A stretch of 30,476 nt of DNA from a virus. Lineage: Duplodnaviria; Caudoviricetes. The notes beneath the pieces are model-generated. The model searched no databases and had not been told where the DNA came from. It worked only from the letters and a program-made list of their open reading frames with translations. The translations under genes and the position numbers were made by a program. The stretch's first letter is position 1, and every line of letters begins with the position of its first letter. Location: positions 1-30,476 of the IMG/VR virus record IMGVR_UViG_3300032083_000722; one strand, 5' to 3'. Of this stretch, positions 7,215 through 13,649 are shown one piece after another.

Positions 7215-7421
7215 AATCAGGGTGATTGAGAAAGTTTTGTATATATATCCTTTTGTGGTATGAATCGTTAAACATACATTTTTTCTCAATATGTTATGAA
7301 CATAGTGGGCTAGTTTTAATCTCCCCTGATTTAGTTTTCTAGCCCACGACCCTTATTGGGGTCAGGTAGGATTTGATAATATTGCGAAGCTTATCAAACT
7401 AAGAAAAAAACCACCTGATTT
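7215..7421 (+). ncRNA. Candidate structured leader RNA / small RNA
   Basis: Inverted repeats 7225-7233/7282-7290, 7305-7313/7339-7347, 7348-7352/7359-7363, 7372-7379/7391-7398 and 7362-7367/7413-7418; no credible ORF. Confidence 0.45.
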
Positions 7422-7444
7422 CTTTAAGGTAAAAAACAGGAGAA

Positions 7445-7732
7445 ATGATGCAATTAGAACTAGACTATAAAGCATATCAAAGAAACTCAGATACAAGTAA
7501 ATCTGCGTGGGAACATAAAAAAGACAAAGTAACATTGAAAGATAAGGTGTTTGATTTATTATTAAACAATCCTTTAGCAAACCACCAAATTGCTGATACT
7601 ATGGAAATACCATTGAGTTCAGTATGTGCGAGAATAAGGGAGTTACAATTAGAAGATAAAATAGAAGACTCAGGTAAAAGAGCATTAAGTCAATACAAAA
7701 GGGAATGTGTAATATGGCAAAGAAAAAAGTAA
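7445..7732 (+). CDS. Winged-helix DNA-binding protein
   Basis: AGGAG RBS; QIADTMEIPLSSVCARIREL...IEDSG.R wHTH pattern. Confidence 0.7.
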   Translation: MMQLELDYKAYQRNSDTSKSAWEHKKDKVTLKDKVFDLLLNNPLANHQIADTMEIPLSSVCARIRELQLEDKIEDSGKRALSQYKRECVIWQRKK

Positions 7733-8034
7733 AAACAAAAGCTGAGAAAGAACGATTACAGACTATTGCTGAGATGCCTTGTTATGCTTGTTTTCAAGAT
7801 GGAGTCGAGATGCAAAGCGAGGTACATCACATCAGAAAGCATACAGGAATGGGTCTGAGACCCCCACACAGCGATACTATTCCATTATGCTACTCACACC
7901 ATAGGACAGGTAAAATATCAGTACATTTGGGCAAGAGAGAGTTTGAGAAAAGATACGGAACAGAACAAGAGATATTAAAAAAAGTAAATAGGGAGATAGA
8001 AAGATGCAAGGAAGAAAATCAGGTTATTTTTTAG
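7714..8034 (+). CDS. Ref-like (recombination enhancement) HNH-type nuclease
   Basis: CxxC, EVHHIR, GMG, TIPLC..HHR motifs; start set at MAKKK. Confidence 0.7.
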   Translation: MAKKKVKTKAEKERLQTIAEMPCYACFQDGVEMQSEVHHIRKHTGMGLRPPHSDTIPLCYSHHRTGKISVHLGKREFEKRYGTEQEILKKVNREIERCKEENQVIF

Positions 8035-8582
8035 TTTATAGAGATGTGTGGAATCACAAAGTTTTTAGAAGCTTAATAGAGTCTAGTGTTTGGTTATATA
8101 TGATAAGTTCAGCTACACACCAAGATAAAACACTTAATTTTTTAAATAGTAGGATATTTGTAAAACGAGGGGAATTGATATTTCCATTAAGAAAAAACGC
8201 AACATTTTGGAAAATGACTTATTCTGAAATGCGTACTTTCATTTTAAGGTTGAAAAGACGAGGTATGATTACGACAAGACTCGCCCAGCTTACACCCACC
8301 TCTAACCACCCTAGACGAAATATTACGATTATAAGTGTTATAAATTACGATAAATTTCAGTATGTGGATAACGAGCAACCAGCACCTGACCAGCTATCGC
8401 CTCTGACTAATACACAAGATACTAATAAACAATATACTAATATAGCTATCAAAAATAAGTCTAGCAAAGACATAGAATATTTAGGTGATAAATTTGGAGA
8501 ATATGTCAAAATTAAGACAGATGGTAAAATTAAGTGGAAACATAGATTTAATGATAATATGCCCTTGAAAGACAAAGTATGA
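8004..8582 (+). CDS. Replication initiator / replisome organizer
   Basis: GYFLVYR..W..W.Y....A...KRG...L...W......L...GMI...TIISVINYDKFQ N-terminal domain typical of phage initiators. Confidence 0.72.
   Translation: MQGRKSGYFLVYRDVWNHKVFRSLIESSVWLYMISSATHQDKTLNFLNSRIFVKRGELIFPLRKNATFWKMTYSEMRTFILRLKRRGMITTRLAQLTPTSNHPRRNITIISVINYDKFQYVDNEQPAPDQLSPLTNTQDTNKQYTNIAIKNKSSKDIEYLGDKFGEYVKIKTDGKIKWKHRFNDNMPLKDKV
8406..8450 (+). repeat. Three imperfect 15-bp tandem repeats, candidate origin
   Basis: ACTAATACACAAGAT / ACTAATAAACAATAT / ACTAATATAGCTATC inside the initiator linker. Confidence 0.55.
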
Positions 8583-8704
8583 GGTCGATATTAAGAATCT
8601 TTAAATATGTCAGAAAAAGACTTATAAGGTTATCATTGGAGAACCAAAGATTAAAACTACAAATTAAACTTTTAATAGAAGCAAGTAATAATAAGAAGCA
8701 TTAA
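8579..8704 (+). CDS. 41-aa basic helical protein (not in ORF track)
   Basis: MRSILRIFKYVRKRLIRLSLENQRLKLQIKLLIEASNNKKH*; ATGA and TAATG overlaps. Confidence 0.7.
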   Translation: MRSILRIFKYVRKRLIRLSLENQRLKLQIKLLIEASNNKKH

Positions 8705-8991
8705 TGGTAAGAAGAAAAAAGGCAAAATTTAGGCACGTTAAAATAGCAAATAAGAAATATTATTTTTATAGCATTAAATTTTTAGACCCAACAGGTGATT
8801 CAGGTTGGCATACAGTAGATGAATTAAACAAATTAACACCTAGTATTATGGTATCACAGGCATATATTTTTTATAAAGATAGAAAATTTACTACAACTTT
8901 TGCATCACACGATAGTAATGAAGAAGTATTTGGAGATGTAAATGTTTATCCTACTAGCTGTATTATTAAAATGGAGAAAATAAAACTATGA
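8704..8991 (+). CDS. Hypothetical phage protein
   Basis: I.F.D..GDSGW...FGD....P.SCI pattern; coupled at both ends. Confidence 0.7.
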   Translation: MVRRKKAKFRHVKIANKKYYFYSIKFLDPTGDSGWHTVDELNKLTPSIMVSQAYIFYKDRKFTTTFASHDSNEEVFGDVNVYPTSCIIKMEKIKL

Positions 8992-9131
8992 ACAAACAAA
9001 CAGCATTTACATTTAAACTTTTAAGCTTAATTAAAAAGTGTCGAGAAAAAGGCAAGTATGGTTTATATGATAAGCTAATTAATAAATACAATATAGATAT
9101 AGAGAAACTAGAAGAAGCTTATTACGATTAA
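8988..9131 (+). CDS. 47-aa hypothetical protein (not in ORF track)
   Basis: MNKQTAFTFKLLSLIKKCREKGKYGLYDKLINKYNIDIEKLEEAYYD*; GGAG upstream, ATGA overlap. Confidence 0.6.
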   Translation: MNKQTAFTFKLLSLIKKCREKGKYGLYDKLINKYNIDIEKLEEAYYD

Positions 9132-9176
9132 GACTATGGTTTTTATTTTTAATCAAATAAGGTATAAATTAGGTAA

Positions 9177-10367
9177 ATGAAAATCGAAATTGCTGATATT
9201 AGTAGCATTAAACCCTACGAGAACAATCCGAGAAAATTATCCGAAAAAGCAATCGAAAAGGTTGCTATGTCATTGAAAGAATATGGCTTTAGACAACCCA
9301 TAGTGGTCGATAAGGATAGAGTCATTGTTGCTGGACATACTAGGTTTAGAGCAAGTAAAAAATTAGGACTCAAACAAGTTCCTGTATCTATTATAGACAA
9401 TTTAACAGAAGAACAGATTAATGCTTATAGAATAGCTGATAATAGAACTGCTGAAGAATCAGAATGGGATAATGAATTACTTAAAATGGAAATCAAGGAA
9501 CTAGAAGCTAAAGATTTTAAGCTAGATTTGTTAGGTTTTAATGAAGATCAATTAAACGATATATTATTCGAGGAAAAACAAGGTTTAACTGATGAAGATG
9601 AAGTTCCTGAAACACCTGAAGAACCTATAAGTAAATTAGGCGATATTTGGAAACTTGGAAAGCATAAATTAATTTGTGGAGATAGTACAAAACTTGATAC
9701 TTATGATAAGTTATGCAAAGAAACAAAAGTTGATTTATATTTAACCGATCCACCTTATAATGTTTCGTATGAGGGTAAAACTAAAGATAAATTAACTATA
9801 CAAAACGATAAACAAACTAACGATCAATTTATACAATTTTTAAGTCAAGCTTTTGTATCTGCCGACTCTGTACTTAAAATGGGTGGTGCATTCTATATAT
9901 GGCATAGTGATAGCGAGGGTTTAAATTTTAGATTAGCTTGTATTGAAGCTAAATGGAAACTCCGTCAAACTTTAATATGGTCTAAAAACTCAATGGTTAT
10001 GGGAAGACAAGACTATCATTGGCAACACGAACCTTGTTTATATGGATGGAAAGAGGGTAGTTCACATAGTTGGTATTCCGACAGAAAACAAACCACTATT
10101 ATTAAATATGATAGACCAACAAAATCTAAATTACATCCTACTATGAAACCTGTCGGACTTATGGAGTATTTAGTTAAGAATAGTTCTAAACAAGAAGATA
10201 TTATATTAGACTCTTTTTTAGGTAGTGGATCAACATTAATAGCTTGTGAAAAATTAGATAGAATATGTTATGGTGTGGAACTAGACCCTATATATTGTGA
10301 TGTTATAATTAAAAGGTGGGAGAACTTTACAGGGAAAAAGGCAGAACTCGAAAATGGACAAAAATAA
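9177..10367 (+). CDS. ParB-N domain fused N6-A/N4-C DNA methyltransferase
   Basis: PYENNPR, GFRQPIV, AGHTR, IADNR (ParB); TDPPY, HPTMKP, LDSFLGSGST (beta-class MTase). Confidence 0.92.
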   Translation: MKIEIADISSIKPYENNPRKLSEKAIEKVAMSLKEYGFRQPIVVDKDRVIVAGHTRFRASKKLGLKQVPVSIIDNLTEEQINAYRIADNRTAEESEWDNELLKMEIKELEAKDFKLDLLGFNEDQLNDILFEEKQGLTDEDEVPETPEEPISKLGDIWKLGKHKLICGDSTKLDTYDKLCKETKVDLYLTDPPYNVSYEGKTKDKLTIQNDKQTNDQFIQFLSQAFVSADSVLKMGGAFYIWHSDSEGLNFRLACIEAKWKLRQTLIWSKNSMVMGRQDYHWQHEPCLYGWKEGSSHSWYSDRKQTTIIKYDRPTKSKLHPTMKPVGLMEYLVKNSSKQEDIILDSFLGSGSTLIACEKLDRICYGVELDPIYCDVIIKRWENFTGKKAELENGQK

Positions 10368-10719
10368 GACAAATAAGACTAAACAAAGGCAAGGTGCTGG
10401 TAGACCTAAAATATACCTTGATTTAGAAATACTTAAAAACCTAGCTTCTATTGGTTGTCCTGATTATGAGATAGCTGGAGTTATGGGAGTATCTGCTAGA
10501 ACTTTACAAAGAAATTATGCCGAAATAATAGACCAATACAAAGAAAAAGGTAAAGCTAGTTTAAGAAAAAAGATGTGGGATAAAGCTGTTAAAAAAGATA
10601 ATACTAATATGCAAATTTGGCTCTCAAAAAATTACTTAAATATGAAAGAACGAACTCAAACCGAATCTATTAATGAACCTTTACCATTAATTATAGAAGC
10701 AGAAAAAGTAGATGGCTAA
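10354..10719 (+). CDS. terS: Terminase small subunit (HTH)
   Basis: GRP motif, EIAGVMGVSARTL HTH, LRKKMW...MQIWLSKNYL; upstream of TerL and after the ParB-MTase. Confidence 0.62.
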   Translation: MDKNKTNKTKQRQGAGRPKIYLDLEILKNLASIGCPDYEIAGVMGVSARTLQRNYAEIIDQYKEKGKASLRKKMWDKAVKKDNTNMQIWLSKNYLNMKERTQTESINEPLPLIIEAEKVDG

Positions 10720-10846
10720 GAAAAAAGGATTATATGGAGTCAGTAACTATGTTAAAAACAATCCAAGAAAAAGGCCAGGAAGACACACTAAAAGATTAAA
10801 CAAAAACAAATCTAAAAGAAAAAAATATAGAGGACAAGGAAGATGA
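10712..10846 (+). CDS. 44-aa basic YRGQGR-type microprotein (not in ORF track)
   Basis: MAKKKGLYGVSNYVKNNPRKRPGRHTKRLNKNKSKRKKYRGQGR*; no acidic residue; overlaps both neighbours. Confidence 0.75.
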   Translation: MAKKKGLYGVSNYVKNNPRKRPGRHTKRLNKNKSKRKKYRGQGR

Positions 10847-11001
10847 CAACAACTAATAAAGAAGCTGAGGAGTTTAATAAGACTCTTGAAGAACTTAAAA
10901 AAAAAGCAGATGCTGAAGAAGACTATCAAGGTGGTGGTGCATACAGGGCTTTTCTACAATTATTTTATAAAAACAAAATAGAAAATGATAAAGAGAAGTA
11001 A
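10843..11001 (+). CDS. 52-aa hypothetical protein (not in ORF track)
   Basis: MTTTNKEAEEFNKTLEELKKKADAEEDYQGGGAYRAFLQLFYKNKIENDKEK*; ATGA overlap, AGGA RBS. Confidence 0.65.
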   Translation: MTTTNKEAEEFNKTLEELKKKADAEEDYQGGGAYRAFLQLFYKNKIENDKEK

Positions 11002-11191
11002 TTTCTATCCTAATGGTGAATTTGTACCTTATCAAATGCCACAAGATTTTAGACCATCAACCGGTAGAGGTAGCTGTGGAAATTGCGGACTCTATTCACA
11101 AAAACACAATTTTTGTGGTGTTTGGAAAACTAAAGGTGTTAAAGATACTTATGTTTGTAATAAGTGGCGAAAAAGACATTTTAAAAGATAA
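10985..11191 (+). CDS. Four-Cys small protein, HiPIP-like spacing
   Basis: C-x2-C-x9-C-x13-C-x2-W. Confidence 0.6.
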   Translation: MIKRSNFYPNGEFVPYQMPQDFRPSTGRGSCGNCGLYSQKHNFCGVWKTKGVKDTYVCNKWRKRHFKR

Positions 11192-11406
11192 TGAAACCTA
11201 TAATGATTACACTAATGTATCTTACATTTGGTGGAGATATTAAATTAGATAGATTTGAAATTAATGAGTCTTGTAGCAGTTGGTTTCATAGTAACGTAAA
11301 AGTAAAAGAAAATAAGAAAAGAACACTATTTAGTAATCACGAATATCACCTTTATAAAGACAAGAAAGTTATAGGTTATATTTGTGGTGGAGAAGAACCA
11401 AGATGA
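11191..11406 (+). CDS. Small two-Cys protein with hydrophobic N-terminus
   Basis: MKPIMITLMYLTFGGDI...SC...YIC; TAATG coupling. Confidence 0.7.
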   Translation: MKPIMITLMYLTFGGDIKLDRFEINESCSSWFHSNVKVKENKKRTLFSNHEYHLYKDKKVIGYICGGEEPR

Positions 11407-11687
11407 CTTATAGACCTTTACCGGAATCTTTAACAATCAAAGCTAGTGGCATAGAGGGGTTAGGTTTATTTGCTACACAAGATATTAAAGCCGGTACTCA
11501 ATTAGGTGTTACTCATATAATAATTAGTGATGAGATTATTAGACTTCCGTTAGGTGGATTCATTAATCATAAAGATAATCCTAATTGTGTGAGAATAGAT
11601 GTTGCTAATAAGTCTTATTTACACACTTTAAAAGAGATTAAGCAAGACGAAGAACTAACTTTAAAATATACAATATATAAAGTTTAA
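11403..11687 (+). CDS. Minimal SET-domain lysine methyltransferase
   Basis: GLGLFATQDIKAG (motif I), GFINH-x3-PNC (motif III), I...EELTLKY (motif IV). Start set at ATG 11403 (ATGA overlap, GGAG upstream); 94 aa. Confidence 0.85.
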   Translation: MTYRPLPESLTIKASGIEGLGLFATQDIKAGTQLGVTHIIISDEIIRLPLGGFINHKDNPNCVRIDVANKSYLHTLKEIKQDEELTLKYTIYKV

Positions 11688-11711
11688 TCCTTAAAACTTT
11701 TGTGATAAAAC
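11683..11711 (+). promoter_or_regulatory. Putative promoter, probably leaderless transcript
   Basis: TTTAAT-N17-TAAAAC with TGn extension, 6 nt before ATG 11718. Confidence 0.4.
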
Positions 11712-11717
11712 GTGTTT

Positions 11718-11990
11718 ATGGCAAAATACAAAGGAAGAACAGTTAGACTCAATAAACCTAGTAGAGGTGATGTAAAGAAGTTCAAAGTATTTGTTAAGAA
11801 TACTAGAACAGGTAGAGTACAAAAAGTGAACTTTGGTGCTAAAGGTATGAGTATTGGCAGAAGTGATGATGTTAGACGTAAAAGCTTTATGGCAAGATTT
11901 AGACCAATATTGGCAAAAGTAAGAGGACAGAAAAGTTTATCTCCAGCATATTGGGCAATACAAAGTTGGAAAAAAGGATTTAGATTATGA
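11718..11990 (+). CDS. Basic viral protein (DUF6321/DUF5754-like)
   Basis: KKFKVFV...KVNFG...RRKSF.AR...AYW....W pattern recalled from conserved viral hypotheticals. Confidence 0.65.
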   Translation: MAKYKGRTVRLNKPSRGDVKKFKVFVKNTRTGRVQKVNFGAKGMSIGRSDDVRRKSFMARFRPILAKVRGQKSLSPAYWAIQSWKKGFRL

Positions 11991-12049
11991 AAAAGATTAA
12001 AAAATACATTAGAACGATTATAAAGTGGATATTAAAAGGATATGAATAA
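11987..12049 (+). CDS. 20-aa cationic amphipathic peptide (not in ORF track)
   Basis: MKKIKKYIRTIIKWILKGYE*; AAGGA upstream, ATGA overlap, bridges into the next gene. Confidence 0.5.
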   Translation: MKKIKKYIRTIIKWILKGYE

Positions 12050-12356
12050 GAAACCAAAAAGTAAATTAGAGTATTTAAAAAAGAATATTGTAATCATACC
12101 TGTTATAGGTGCAATACTAGCTGGAACATTTACATCAGTTAGATACGTTTTAACTATGACAGATACTATACAGGTTAATAAAGAACTACTTGTAAATGTT
12201 ACTAGAGATATTGATATGCAAAAAGAAATAATGAATGATTTAAAAAACAGATTAGCAAGAGCAGAAGCAACGTGGGATATGGCAGAAAATATCTTTCAAC
12301 AATTAAGCGATCAGGTAAGGCAACATGAATACGATATTAAAGACCTTAACAGGTAA
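12042..12356 (+). CDS. N-terminal TM plus coiled-coil protein
   Basis: IVIIPVIGAILAGTF hydrophobic segment followed by heptads. Confidence 0.72.
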   Translation: MNKKPKSKLEYLKKNIVIIPVIGAILAGTFTSVRYVLTMTDTIQVNKELLVNVTRDIDMQKEIMNDLKNRLARAEATWDMAENIFQQLSDQVRQHEYDIKDLNR

Positions 12357-12822
12357 TGTATTTTGGATATTATTCTTTTTGTTTGTAGTAACATCAGCAC
12401 AAGCAAGAAATGAATATTTAAACAACGGAACTAACACTTGTAATCAAGGTAGTTGGGAAGCATATAACGATTATACGCAAAGAGATTATAAGACAGGAAC
12501 ATCAGACGAGTGGATTGAAAATAGAGTGGGTATGAGATACCGAAAATCTTTAGGAACTGCTTGTAGTGATGAGTTTATTGCAGAACAAGAGAAACAATTA
12601 AAACTAAAGACTCAAATGGAACTAATTAAATCTTGTAGAAGTGTTCCAAGAATAACCCCACCACCACCGGCATTTGCAGAACTTATTGGTGCTTGTTTAG
12701 AATTAGGAGTAATGAAAGTTAGTGATTTTGAAGAAAGAGATAATAGTATAAGTTATTGGATTGTGTTAAAAGATAAATGGAAATCAGAAAATCCTGATAG
12801 ACCTATATTTGAGGAGAACTAA
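12325..12822 (+). CDS. Secreted protein with signal peptide and four Cys
   Basis: VFWILFFLFVVTSAQA (AxA cleavage site); poly-Pro tract. Confidence 0.7.
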   Translation: MNTILKTLTGNVFWILFFLFVVTSAQARNEYLNNGTNTCNQGSWEAYNDYTQRDYKTGTSDEWIENRVGMRYRKSLGTACSDEFIAEQEKQLKLKTQMELIKSCRSVPRITPPPPAFAELIGACLELGVMKVSDFEERDNSISYWIVLKDKWKSENPDRPIFEEN

Positions 12823-13217
12823 TGAAAGTAAGCGATAACACAAATATTCAACTGCCATTAAGAAATTTAATTTCTATTATTGTAGCAGTTGCAGTAGCAG
12901 TTTGGGCATACTTTGGAATTATTGAAAGACTTAATACTATTGAAACAAATGGTAAGTTAATGATTTCAGATGTAAATGAAAATACAGAATTTAGAATAAA
13001 ATGGCCACGTGGAGAAATGGGATCACTTCCAGCAGATAGCGAACAATATCTACTTATCGAGTCAAACTTAGTTGAATTAGAAAAGATAACAGAAAGAGTA
13101 GATGCTATGATGAATAATAAAGTAAATATTGATAGACTTATCAAAGATGTAGATAAAATGACAAATCAATTAGAAACACTAAAAGATAAAGTTAGAGCAA
13201 ATGGGAGTTATAAATGA
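12822..13217 (+). CDS. N-terminal TM plus coiled-coil protein
   Basis: GAGGAG RBS; LISIIVAVAVAVWAYFGII TM segment. Confidence 0.78.
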   Translation: MKVSDNTNIQLPLRNLISIIVAVAVAVWAYFGIIERLNTIETNGKLMISDVNENTEFRIKWPRGEMGSLPADSEQYLLIESNLVELEKITERVDAMMNNKVNIDRLIKDVDKMTNQLETLKDKVRANGSYK

Positions 13218-13432
13218 TCGAAATTGTTGTAGGACTTCTAATGTATTTAAACGGAGATATAGTTGAACACACTTATAAAGAAAAGATGTCAGCTTGTCTT
13301 AAATCTAAACGTATAGCTGAAAGAGAAGTTAATCCTCAATCAGTTAGATTTTCTTGTAATAAAATAAAAGCAGAAACAGAAATATATATGGGTTCTAAAA
13401 AGATTTTAAAAATAATATCAATGAGTAAATAG
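13214..13432 (+). CDS. Small two-Cys protein with hydrophobic N-terminus
   Basis: MIEIVVGLLMYLNGDI...AC...FSC; GGGAG RBS. Confidence 0.72.
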   Translation: MIEIVVGLLMYLNGDIVEHTYKEKMSACLKSKRIAEREVNPQSVRFSCNKIKAETEIYMGSKKILKIISMSK

Positions 13433-13435
13433 CTC

Positions 13436-13648
13436 ATGAAATTTATGTTAGTGTTACAAATATGCTCGGCTGTTTATCAACAATGTTCTGAACCAATGCC
13501 TAATTATGTACCATATGATAGTTATTACGATTGCTCTACTGCTGGATATTTAAATGCACTTACGATAAACCAAGCACTAGGTTTAGGAGAAGTTAATAAA
13601 GGCAAAATTATGGTCAATTTTAAATGTGAGGAATCAGCAACTAGCTAA
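13436..13648 (+). CDS. Small four-Cys protein with hydrophobic N-terminus
   Basis: MKFMLVLQIC...C...YDSYYDC...FKC. Confidence 0.7.
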   Translation: MKFMLVLQICSAVYQQCSEPMPNYVPYDSYYDCSTAGYLNALTINQALGLGEVNKGKIMVNFKCEESATS

Positions 13649-13649
13649 T

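Noticed and set aside
7029-7289. 86-aa minus-strand ORF in the control region
   Set aside because: Runs across both promoters, has no RBS, and has low-complexity AT-driven composition.
7300-7421. tRNA or tRNA-like cloverleaf
   Set aside because: No T-loop GTTC motif, D-loop or anticodon-arm geometry; kept only as a generic structured RNA.
7362-7580. 72-aa minus-strand ORF
   Set aside because: Antisense to the well-supported wHTH gene and leader.
10747-10929. 60-aa hydrophobic minus-strand ORF
   Set aside because: Shadow of Lys-rich plus-strand ORFs 10712 and 10843, which have RBS and overlap support.
11013-11243. 76-aa plus-strand ORF
   Set aside because: Out-of-frame overlap with two coupled ORFs (10985 and 11191).
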